DNA of 64,000 bases from Bacteroidales bacterium. GTDB taxonomy: Bacteria; Bacteroidota; Bacteroidia; Bacteroidales; PUMT01. Positions 38,892-47,606 of the stretch are shown piece by piece. Made by a program: the position numbers and the translations under genes. The notes under the pieces were generated by a model. That model had not been told where the DNA came from. It saw only the letters and a list, made by a program, of their open reading frames with translations, and made no database searches. Every line of letters starts with the position of its first letter. The first letter of the stretch is position 1. Where the stretch lies: positions 465 through 64,464 of the forward strand of contig SLJO01000170.1 in the NCBI GenBank assembly GCA_007135095.1, in the 5' to 3' direction.

Positions 38892-39746
38892 TCAGCCATT
38901 GCAGTTACCGCAATTGCAAAGATCATTGACTTCTTCGCGGAGATCTTTTCTTTTGCGGGGACTAATTTCCAGTTTCTTCAGTACCTCCGGGTTTTGGCAG
39001 ACCTGCCGGCAAATTACTATCCCGCTGTCCAGCAATATTTTTTTCTGAAGTGTATTTATTGTTGTAAGGGCCGTTACAGGGAAAAAATTCTCTTTTTCTA
39101 TTATGTCCTTTAGTCCTTGACCTGCGGGGTAATCCCAGCTTATCATGTGCAGTCCCGCACACATCCCGTAATCAATTGCATCAGAGGTAAACCTGGTGTT
39201 GGTCACTACCCACCCCTGGAAGGAGATATTGTTGAACTCCGGGTTCATCTCTCTTTTCTTGATAATATCATCCACCCTTGAACGGATGTAAAGTGGCACC
39301 CTGACATTTGCATACTTTCCCTGACTGTTGTAAAACTTGCATTCCACGAATATCTGCTTGTTGTTTCCCGTTGCCACAACATCCACCTCATGCCGGACAC
39401 AATGCCCCTGCACGATCTGGCCAACTTTAATTTCGAAGCCAAAATGTTTCACGATCTGGCCAATGAAGTGCTCAAAGGGATAGCCGGTCGGACCAAGCTC
39501 CATGATGGCCTGCTTTAGCTTATAACGCGCAGCGGTGCTGCTTTTATGCTTCTGTAAAAGACGGAATGCCTGCCTGTAAATTTTTTTGGTGCTTACTCCT
39601 TCATAGAGCCAGTTGCTGAGCTCATCGCTTATCTTATTAATTATTTTATTGTCGGCTCCAACTCTTTTAAGTGAGTTTACAAGTTTTTCCTGTGAAAAGG
39701 GTTCTTTTTCCCCGGAGGCTTTCGTGATAATAAGAGGCTGGTTCAT
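38892..39746 (-). CDS. ATP-cone domain fused to a PD-(D/E)xK (Mrr-like) restriction-endonuclease-fold domain
   Basis: The N-terminal ATP-cone reads IITKASGEKEPFSQEKLVNSLKRVG. The nuclease core reads FEHFIGQIV...EVDVVATGNNKQIFVECKF (D...ExK). I prefer the ATG at 39746 over the TTG at 39812. Confidence 0.75.
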   Translation of the reverse strand: MNQPLIITKASGEKEPFSQEKLVNSLKRVGADNKIINKISDELSNWLYEGVSTKKIYRQAFRLLQKHKSSTAARYKLKQAIMELGPTGYPFEHFIGQIVKHFGFEIKVGQIVQGHCVRHEVDVVATGNNKQIFVECKFYNSQGKYANVRVPLYIRSRVDDIIKKREMNPEFNNISFQGWVVTNTRFTSDAIDYGMCAGLHMISWDYPAGQGLKDIIEKENFFPVTALTTINTLQKKILLDSGIVICRQVCQNPEVLKKLEISPRKRKDLREEVNDLCNCGNCNG

Positions 39747-40178
39747 TACTGATTTATAATAATTCAGACCGCTGACGTTGCAGTCGGTGGATATTGAAAA
39801 ATAAAAAATCAATAATAAGGATTATATACCGGTTATGCAATAACCGATAATTCAATCTGTGCTACAGCCATGACCCATAAAGGTCAATCAGTGATTTTCA
39901 TATTTCAGGCTTTCATCCGGTTACATATTCATGGTTCCGCACCGTGCACCTTCCGGAGGAAGAACACGGATGGTGTGAAGGCACTTCCTGTAAAAATCCC
40001 GCGCAACCTTAATTTATTAAACAGGGCAAAGACCCTTTTTTTTCATAAATTCGTTGCATAAACGGCTCCTGTTTTTGCAGGGGAAGAAAACCAGGAAAAC
40101 CTTCTTGGGGCGAGGTGATTGTTACAGGACGGAAAGAACGGTTATTTCAGCCGGCAAAGAACCACAGAAACGATATTG

Positions 40179-43100
40179 ATGCAGAAACTCATTATTTACA
40201 AGGCCTCGGCCGGATCAGGAAAAACATATAAGCTAACCGAGGAGTATCTGCGCCTGGCATTCAGGGTTCCGTTCCGCAATATTCTGGCGGTTACTTTCAC
40301 CAATAAGGCCACCGCCGAAATGAAAGACCGTATCACCGGCGTACTCGACTCACTGGCTAGGGGCTCCCACTCATCCTACCTGCAGGTTCTTATGGAAGAA
40401 ACAGGACTGGATGAAGCATCTGTAAGGGAAAAAGCCGGAAAGCTGCTGGACGAAATACTTCAGAACTACTCGCGGTTCTCGGTGGGCACCATAGACAGTT
40501 TCTTCCAGCGTGTAATACGCAGCTTTGCCAGGGAAACAGGATTACAGTCCGGTTTTGAGCTTGAACTTGACAACCGGAGGGTGCTTGAAAAGGTCATTGA
40601 CCGCCTGATGATAGAGACCGCCACCAACAGCGGCCTGAGAAAATGGATGATGCAGTATGCCCAGGACAGGATAAGGGATGGCCTGTCCTGGAATTTCCTG
40701 CAGGATATTGGCCGGCTGGGGAACCAGGTTTTCAATGAGACATTCATGGAGTTCAGGCAGGAGATGACTGAAAAACTTTCCGACCGCAAATTCATGAATG
40801 ATTATATGGGCTCAATGCAGGCTGTAAGGAATGATTTTGAAAAACAGATGAGTGAGATTGGGACTGCCGCCCTGGAAATCATTGACCGGCGGGGGCTTTC
40901 GGTCAATGATTTTAGTTACGGATCAAAAGGTGTCGCCGGATATTTTGAAAAGCTGGCTGCAAAAAAACAATTTGAGCCCGGAAAGCGTGTCCTTGATGCT
41001 GCAGCTGACCCGCAAGCCTGGTCTACTAATAAATCAATAAAAAAAGAGGATATTACAGATGCAGTGGCAGGGGGTCTGATGCGGATGGTGAACCAGGCAA
41101 TTGACAAGTACAATGATTCCTATCCTTTATATATAAGCAGCAGACTGGTGCTCTCAAATTTTTATACCCTGGGGATACTCAATGATATTACCCGGAATGT
41201 AAGGGAATATGCGGCCGAAAACAACCTTTTTCTTCTTTCCGATGTGGCATCGCTGCTTGCAGGTATCATCGGCAGCAATGATGCGCCCTTTATCTATGAG
41301 AAGACAGGCCATTTCTACCGGCATTTCATGATCGATGAATTCCAGGATACCTCATCCATCCAGTGGAAGAACTTCGTTCCGCTCATAACCAACAGTCTGG
41401 CTGAAAACAACCGCAATATACTGGTGGGTGACATAAAACAGTCCATATACAGGTGGCGCAACGGCGACTGGCGGATACTGGCAACGGGGATCCAGGAAGA
41501 TATGAAAATCTTTGCCCCGCAGGTGCACACCCTGGAGGTCAACTGGCGGAGCAAAAAAAATATCGTGCAGTTCAATAACTCGTTTTTCCATTATGGCCCG
41601 GAGATTATCCGCCAGCAATTCCAAAGGGAGTACCTGGATGCCGGTCTGCCGGAAGATTTCGCCTCCGATATAAGTGAACAGATCGAAAGGGCCTATGCTG
41701 AACAGGCCCAGAAGCTGCCGGGCGGGGAAGATAAAAACGGGGGCTTTGTCAGTGTTAAATTCCCCCGGAACGGTGACCGCCAATGGAAGCAGAACGTGCT
41801 TGACAGCCTTCCGGAACTTCTCACCGGCATAAGATCCAGGGGATACAGGCTGAGGGAAATTGCCATCCTGGTTCGAAACAAAAAGGATGGCAATCAGATA
41901 GCCCGCAGACTGCTTGACTGGCAGGCAGACCCTGGCCGGGAAGCCGGGACGCGGCTTGATTTCATTTCCGAGGAATTCCTTTTGTTACAGGAATCAACAT
42001 CCGTCCGTCTTCTGCTTGCCCTGCTTGGCTACCTGGCCGATCCTGCCAACAGGATAAACAAGGCTGTAATCCTCCGTGAATATTTAATCTACCTTCGGGG
42101 CAATCCCGGTCAGGCATCTGATCATGACCTGTTTGGCAGCATTGCAGCATCTGATGATACTGCCTATAACAACCTGCTGCCGGAAGATTTTATATCCCGA
42201 AAGGAATATTTAAGACAATTGTCACTATATGAGCTTGTTGAGCAGCTTATTGCCATTTTCGGCCTTAATGTCCACGATACCGAGATTCCCTACCTGATGG
42301 CTTTTCAGGATGTGGTGGTTGATTATTCCAGGAAGGAGGGAGGGGGCACGGGTCCTTTCCTGGAGTGGTGGGAGGAGCACTGCGGCAGCTTTTCGGTAAG
42401 CAGCAATGACAGGCAGGATGCCATACGGATAATGACTGTCCATAAAGCCAAGGGGCTGCAGTTCAAGGTGGTGCTCATTCCTTTTGCGGAATGGAATATC
42501 GATCACGATCCCCTGCATGATAATTTCCTGTGGTGCAGACCAGTTATCAAACCCTTTGACAAGCTTGATCTTATTCCGGTAAAATATAAATCGGAACTTG
42601 CCGGAAGCATATTTGCACATGAATATTTCACTGAGAAGATGCAGGTGTTTGTCGATAACCTTAACCTGCTGTATGTTGCCTTTACCAGGGCAGAGGAGGA
42701 GCTGTATGCTTTTTCTCCCCTTCCTGAGGAAAAACAAAGGGGTGCGGACCAGGTAAAAAATATCTCAGGACTTCTTTACAGGATTCTTTCAGCCGGGTTG
42801 CCGGAGGATCATGCCGCAGATGCCGGCGGAGGACGGAAAGATCCGGCAGGTGCTGCTGACCGCCAGGCTGACGCAGGTGAATCAGGCGACCGGCCGGATG
42901 ATATGGCCGATACAACCGGGCACCTTATTGATAATGCAAGTCAAATAATTACTTCTTCAGTTACCGGCGGACAGTGGGATGATCAGCAAAAAACCTTTTC
43001 CCTTGGAAACCCGTGTGTGGCATCCGGCAGCGAGGCATTGGGCGATGACGAGCTGGTGCCGGAAAGTTACCATGTAAATGATTTCAGGGATAAGCTGCGC

Positions 43101-43601
43101 CTGCGACCCTATGGCAACCTGTTTTTCAGCGACGACAATGACATCGGGAAGCGAATCGATCATGGCAGACTGATGCATGAAATCTTCGAGCATATCATCA
43201 CCTCAGGGGATATAAAAAAGGCGGTCATGCAAAAGTCCCGGGAAGGTATAATAACAAGGGAAGAAGCCATGGAGATGATCGGCACCATTACCGGCATCAC
43301 CGGCAAAAAGGAAGTGGCCCACTGGTTTGACGGAAGCTGGAGGGTCAGAAATGAGACTGCCATCCTTTTGAAGGGCGGGAAAACAAGGAGGCCTGACAGG
43401 GTAATGATAAAGGAAGGGCAGGTTGTGGTGGTTGATTACAAATTCGGCCAACATGTGCAGCCGCGGTACAGGAACCAGGTGCGCCGCTATATGGATGAAC
43501 TCAGGGAAATGGGGTATAATAACCTGAAAGGGTATGTGTGGTACCCCCTTGCCGGAGTGATCGATGAAGTTGACATGAACCCTGAGCTGGAATTTGATTA
43601 G
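40179..43601 (+). CDS. UvrD/AddA-like superfamily-1 helicase with a C-terminal PD-(D/E)xK nuclease domain
   Basis: It has Walker A ASAGSGKTY, motif II MIDEFQDTS, VHKAKGLQF, and the nuclease motif RPDRV...VVVDYKFG. A low-complexity insert separates the helicase and nuclease parts. Confidence 0.85.
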   Translation: MQKLIIYKASAGSGKTYKLTEEYLRLAFRVPFRNILAVTFTNKATAEMKDRITGVLDSLARGSHSSYLQVLMEETGLDEASVREKAGKLLDEILQNYSRFSVGTIDSFFQRVIRSFARETGLQSGFELELDNRRVLEKVIDRLMIETATNSGLRKWMMQYAQDRIRDGLSWNFLQDIGRLGNQVFNETFMEFRQEMTEKLSDRKFMNDYMGSMQAVRNDFEKQMSEIGTAALEIIDRRGLSVNDFSYGSKGVAGYFEKLAAKKQFEPGKRVLDAAADPQAWSTNKSIKKEDITDAVAGGLMRMVNQAIDKYNDSYPLYISSRLVLSNFYTLGILNDITRNVREYAAENNLFLLSDVASLLAGIIGSNDAPFIYEKTGHFYRHFMIDEFQDTSSIQWKNFVPLITNSLAENNRNILVGDIKQSIYRWRNGDWRILATGIQEDMKIFAPQVHTLEVNWRSKKNIVQFNNSFFHYGPEIIRQQFQREYLDAGLPEDFASDISEQIERAYAEQAQKLPGGEDKNGGFVSVKFPRNGDRQWKQNVLDSLPELLTGIRSRGYRLREIAILVRNKKDGNQIARRLLDWQADPGREAGTRLDFISEEFLLLQESTSVRLLLALLGYLADPANRINKAVILREYLIYLRGNPGQASDHDLFGSIAASDDTAYNNLLPEDFISRKEYLRQLSLYELVEQLIAIFGLNVHDTEIPYLMAFQDVVVDYSRKEGGGTGPFLEWWEEHCGSFSVSSNDRQDAIRIMTVHKAKGLQFKVVLIPFAEWNIDHDPLHDNFLWCRPVIKPFDKLDLIPVKYKSELAGSIFAHEYFTEKMQVFVDNLNLLYVAFTRAEEELYAFSPLPEEKQRGADQVKNISGLLYRILSAGLPEDHAADAGGGRKDPAGAADRQADAGESGDRPDDMADTTGHLIDNASQIITSSVTGGQWDDQQKTFSLGNPCVASGSEALGDDELVPESYHVNDFRDKLRLRPYGNLFFSDDNDIGKRIDHGRLMHEIFEHIITSGDIKKAVMQKSREGIITREEAMEMIGTITGITGKKEVAHWFDGSWRVRNETAILLKGGKTRRPDRVMIKEGQVVVVDYKFGQHVQPRYRNQVRRYMDELREMGYNNLKGYVWYPLAGVIDEVDMNPELEFD

Positions 43602-43639
43602 TTCATGGACCCTCCGGTGCAATTTCAATAAATTGAAGC

Positions 43640-44125
43640 TTAGTTCACATCTTTGGGGTAATCATAAACAACTCTCCTGAAATCGCTCATTTCAGGATTA
43701 TACCTTCTGGCGATATTCCCCAGTCGCCGGCTTGCCGGAATATTTCCGGGCAAATCAAGGGCTCTCAGAAAATGGGCCACCGGCACTCCGGTTTCTTGCT
43801 CCAACTCTGACAGTGTCATGGATCCGTGAATTGTAATTTCATCGTAGCGGGTATAAGGCGGATATTCTCTGTCATTCTCTGACGCTAATTCTCTTTGAGA
43901 GAGGAGAGGGGTAACTGCAATAATCACAACACCCAGCATAATCAGGCCTGTCTTGATGCCTGCCCTTTTCACTGGTTTGCCGATGGTCATATATACGATC
44001 CATTTCCAATGCAGGTAAATATGCAATACTATAAGCATGATAAACATTAGCGAGATCCAGAAGTGGATTGTGCCCAGTCGTGCCCTGTTTTTGTTGACAC
44101 TTCCGATTTCAGTTGTGACATTCAT
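43640..44125 (-). CDS. Small membrane protein (DUF4405-like N-terminal TM region plus a soluble C-terminal domain)
   Basis: Two TM segments include IHFWISLMFIMLIVLHIYLHWKW. The C-terminal motif SMTLSELEQETGVPVAHFLRAL is also present. The function is unknown. Confidence 0.55.
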   Translation of the reverse strand: MNVTTEIGSVNKNRARLGTIHFWISLMFIMLIVLHIYLHWKWIVYMTIGKPVKRAGIKTGLIMLGVVIIAVTPLLSQRELASENDREYPPYTRYDEITIHGSMTLSELEQETGVPVAHFLRALDLPGNIPASRRLGNIARRYNPEMSDFRRVVYDYPKDVN

Positions 44126-44245
44126 GCTGTGTTGTGAGTCTGAATGGCACAGATTTTGGGCGAATTTGAAAAATCACACAGCAGATGAAGTGTTCTATGA
44201 GCAAAAAAATTTCAGGTATCATAAAAATAATTGGAGGATTGGGAT

Positions 44246-44524
44246 ATGAAAAAGTTTATGATCGAAGTTCCTCATGGAGAAAACAAAAAAGATTGCGATA
44301 AGGCAATACGGGTTTTCCTGGAAACCGGCTCTCATTTTCTAAAAAAAGCCGACTGGGGATGCAAGGATGGCGTTCATAAAGCATGGATAATAGCAGAAGT
44401 TCCGGGTAAAGAAGATGCCAGGAATTTAGTCCCTCCCTTGTATCGCCCCACCGCAAAAATAGTTGAGCTAAATACCTTTACCTCGGAAGACATCAGCAAT
44501 CCTGTCAAATATCATAAGGAATAA
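44246..44524 (+). CDS. Small conserved Cys/His protein of unknown function (paralog B)
   Basis: The 92-aa ORF is 77% identical over 78 aa to the ORF at 16350..16637. Its ATG is preceded by GGAGG. Confidence 0.75.
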   Translation: MKKFMIEVPHGENKKDCDKAIRVFLETGSHFLKKADWGCKDGVHKAWIIAEVPGKEDARNLVPPLYRPTAKIVELNTFTSEDISNPVKYHKE

Positions 44525-44863
44525 CTTGCATAACAACCCTTTCTGACAGTTTTACTGATTAGCAAGCAGTATTGTCATTTTAAGTGGCAATGGAAGTTAA
44601 TTGTTCCTGCGATGATAATTCAACGCTGCTCCTTGCTAAAACATCAGGATCAATATATTTGCAATTCCTTTTAAAACCTTATTTTCAATTGGAGCTCCGG
44701 GTATTTTTTTGCTTCGGGAATTAATAGATTTGTCCCGGGAAAAATAAATCACTATCCCGGCAGGAAACAGGAGAGGAGTTTTAATTAGTTGAGAAGGAAT
44801 TTTATTTTCCTGATTTCGTTATAATTGAATAAATAGCAACAGAAAAGAAGGGTGAGCGACAAA

Positions 44864-45826
44864 ATGGCAGAGCAAAGTCTATATCAGTGGGGCACAGCAA
44901 GGCGGTTCAATTCCCTGCCGGATCATTTCAAAAAGCAGTTCGGGGGAAGAGTGCAGAAGGTTTCTGTTAATGCCGGCTTCACCTGTCCCAACCGTGACGG
45001 GAAGGCAGGAACCGGGGGCTGCACCTATTGCAACAACAATGCATTCAGTCCTTCCTACTGCCTTGTTGAAAAGCCCGTTACAGTGCAGATCGGGGAAGGC
45101 ATTGAATTTCATAAAACCAGGTACCGCCGTTCATTTGGCTACCTTGTCTATTTCCAGTCATACACCAACACCTATGCCGGTTCTTCCCATTTGAGGGAAA
45201 TATATGAACAGGCCCTGTCGGTGCCTGGAGTAAAGGGCCTGGTCATTGGTACCCGCCCTGATTGTGTTGATGAAGAAATACTTAACCTGATAGCCTCAAT
45301 TGCAAAAGACAATTATGTCATTGTGGAATATGGGATAGAATCATGTTATAACAAGACCCTTAAGGAGATCAACAGGGGGCATGATTTTGAAGCATCGGTT
45401 GCCGCAATCCGTAAAACATCAGAACTTGGGATACGCACCGGGGCCCATATTATTTTTGGTCTGCCGGGAGAAAGCCGGCAGGATATGCTTGCTGAAGCTG
45501 AAATACTATCTGCCCTGCCGCTCGATAATATCAAATTTCATCAGCTCCAGATAGTAAAAGACACCCTGGTGGCCAGGCAATATTCAGAAGAGCCTGAAAA
45601 ATTCAACCTTTTTACTCTTGAGGATTACCTGGATTTCCTGGCAGAATTTATTGAAAGGCTTAACCCTTCATTCGTAGTTGAGCGTTTTGCCGGTGAAGTG
45701 CCATTAAGGTTTATCGCCGGAGGGGTACGGTGGGGACTGCGATACGACCAGGTCCTCGGACTGTTCGAACAAAAACTTAAGGAGAAGGATACCTGGCAGG
45801 GGAAATATTACAGCCCCGTGTATTGA
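44864..45826 (+). CDS. TIGR01212-family (YhcC-like) radical SAM protein
   Basis: It has the characteristic FTCPNRDG...GGCTYCNN cluster motif and is ~320 aa long. I prefer the ATG at 44864 over the GTG at 44852. Confidence 0.85.
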   Translation: MAEQSLYQWGTARRFNSLPDHFKKQFGGRVQKVSVNAGFTCPNRDGKAGTGGCTYCNNNAFSPSYCLVEKPVTVQIGEGIEFHKTRYRRSFGYLVYFQSYTNTYAGSSHLREIYEQALSVPGVKGLVIGTRPDCVDEEILNLIASIAKDNYVIVEYGIESCYNKTLKEINRGHDFEASVAAIRKTSELGIRTGAHIIFGLPGESRQDMLAEAEILSALPLDNIKFHQLQIVKDTLVARQYSEEPEKFNLFTLEDYLDFLAEFIERLNPSFVVERFAGEVPLRFIAGGVRWGLRYDQVLGLFEQKLKEKDTWQGKYYSPVY

Positions 45827-45877
45827 AAGATGATTTAATCGCTAAAGCGGATTAATTATAGTTATTCCAAAAAGCCC

Positions 45878-45885
45878 TAATTTTG
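45878..45885 (+). promoter_or_regulatory. Bacteroidota-type -7 box (TAATTTTG) upstream of the TldD-like gene
   Basis: It matches TAnnTTTG and lies 52 nt upstream of the ATG at 45937. This is a motif match only. Confidence 0.35.
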
Positions 45886-45936
45886 CTTAAAGGGTCGTGA
45901 AGCCAATTTGATTATAATATATAAAATTCAATAATC

Positions 45937-47604
45937 ATGAAGAACCTGTTATTGTTGTTTGCCCTTCTGTGGATTGCCGTACCGCTTGAAGCACAGGACA
46001 CGCTTTCAGCCCTGCTTGAGGATGAACTGGTGCGCAACATGAAAGGCATGGGGGGCGAAGAAATCCAGCCCTATTTTATGTCCTATCGGGTCAATGAAAT
46101 TAAGAATTACCGTATACGAAGCTCTTTCGGACAACTGATGGAATCCTTTGGCGACCATTCTCGCAGACTCTCTGTGCATGTGCGCGTTGGCAGTCATGAA
46201 CTGGACAATACCCATCCCCTCAGGGGAAGCCGCTATGGCATATTGATCACTGACACAGGTAAAGACCTGCCACTTGATAACAATCCCGAAGGCATCAGGC
46301 AGATACTGTGGCGCGAAACTGACAAGAATTTTATCCAGGCCAATGAACGGTTTGCCAGGGTGCAGGCCGAAACGGCCATAAAGGTGGAAACCGAAGACCA
46401 TTCCAACGACTTCACCCATGAAAAGCCTGTTACATATCACGAGCAGCCCTTTGAAACGAGTGACACCGATTTTGATGTTGCCGCATGGGAGGAGAAATTA
46501 AAGGAATATTCTGCCATCTTCCTGCAGAATGAGGATATTCTCAGGGGCTCTGCCACCTTTATCTTTTCATATGAACGCAAATACTTTGTATCCTCCGAGG
46601 GCAGTAACATTACTGAAAACCGCCTCACCTGCCGCCTATTCATCAGCGGACTAACACAGGCCGATGACGGCATGGAGCTTCCACTAAACCTGAGCTATTT
46701 TGGTTTCAGGCCTGAGGACCTTCCTGGACACGGGCAAATACTTGCCGACACTGAAAAGATGGTGCAAACACTGGTCAGGCTCAGGGAAGCCCCGGTTGCA
46801 GATGCCTATAGTGGTCCCGCGCTGCTTTCTCCTGAGTCGGCAGGAGTATTCTTTCATGAAATTTTCGGCCATCGTGTTGAAGGCCATCGCCTGAAGCAGG
46901 AAAGCGATGCCCAAACCTTCAAGAAAAAAGTTGGCGACAAGGTGCTTAACGAAAACCTTTCCCTTTACTTTGATCCGGGAATGGAGAGATACGGCGATTA
47001 CTTCCTGAACGGATCATATAAATATGACTGTGAAGGCCAGCGGGGTCAAAAGGTCACCATTGTGCAAAACGGCATCCTGAAAAACTTCTTAATGTCGCGA
47101 ACACCCATCGAAGGTTTCAGCAATTCAAACGGTCACGGCAGGGCACAGGCCGGGTATCAGCCCGTGAGTCGCCAGTCTAACCTCATTGTAGAAAACAGCA
47201 AGCCTTACAGCGAATCCCGTTTACGCGAAATGCTCATTAACGAAGCACGGCGACAGGGAAGGGATTATGGCTATTATTTCGTTACCACAATGGGTGGCTT
47301 TACAATGACGGGAAGGTTTATGCCCAATGCCTTCAATGTAACACCTCTGGTGGTTTACAGGATATATACCGATGGGAGGGAGGATGAACTGGTCAGGGGT
47401 GTTGACCTGGTCGGCACTCCACTGGCTATATTCTCAAACATAGAAGCGGCGGGTGGAACGCGGGGCATCTTCACGGGCACCTGCGGAGCTGAATCAGGAG
47501 GGGTTCCCACATCGACGGTCTGCCCCATGGTATTCGTCAGCCAGATTGAGACCCAGCGCAAACCAAAGGGACAGGAGCGTTTGCCCCTCCTGCCAAGACC
47601 GTAA
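45937..47604 (+). CDS. Secreted TldD-like metallopeptidase (TldD/PmbA family, catalytic subunit)
   Basis: It has a signal peptide (LLLLFALLWIAVPLEAQ), the metal motif HEIFGHRVEGH, and C-terminal Gly-rich motifs of the family (GTCGAESGGVP). Confidence 0.8.
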   Translation: MKNLLLLFALLWIAVPLEAQDTLSALLEDELVRNMKGMGGEEIQPYFMSYRVNEIKNYRIRSSFGQLMESFGDHSRRLSVHVRVGSHELDNTHPLRGSRYGILITDTGKDLPLDNNPEGIRQILWRETDKNFIQANERFARVQAETAIKVETEDHSNDFTHEKPVTYHEQPFETSDTDFDVAAWEEKLKEYSAIFLQNEDILRGSATFIFSYERKYFVSSEGSNITENRLTCRLFISGLTQADDGMELPLNLSYFGFRPEDLPGHGQILADTEKMVQTLVRLREAPVADAYSGPALLSPESAGVFFHEIFGHRVEGHRLKQESDAQTFKKKVGDKVLNENLSLYFDPGMERYGDYFLNGSYKYDCEGQRGQKVTIVQNGILKNFLMSRTPIEGFSNSNGHGRAQAGYQPVSRQSNLIVENSKPYSESRLREMLINEARRQGRDYGYYFVTTMGGFTMTGRFMPNAFNVTPLVVYRIYTDGREDELVRGVDLVGTPLAIFSNIEAAGGTRGIFTGTCGAESGGVPTSTVCPMVFVSQIETQRKPKGQERLPLLPRP

Positions 47605-47606
47605 AA

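Noticed and set aside
39870-40061. A 63-aa ORF and a nested 5+5-bp hairpin (39942-39969) lie in the spacer between the ATP-cone nuclease and the helicase.
   Set aside because: The ORF has no motifs and sits in a divergent promoter region. The hairpin stems are short and not statistically compelling.
41352-42737. Minus-strand ORFs of 143 aa and 170 aa lie inside the helicase-nuclease gene.
   Set aside because: They are antisense to a CDS with clear SF1 helicase motifs and have no independent support.
44559-44639. A long-range 8+3-bp pairing (TTAGCAAG..CAG / CTG..CTTGCTAA) lies downstream of small-protein paralog B.
   Set aside because: An 8-mer inverted repeat is expected about once by chance in a ~340-bp spacer. 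There is no counterpart downstream of paralog A.
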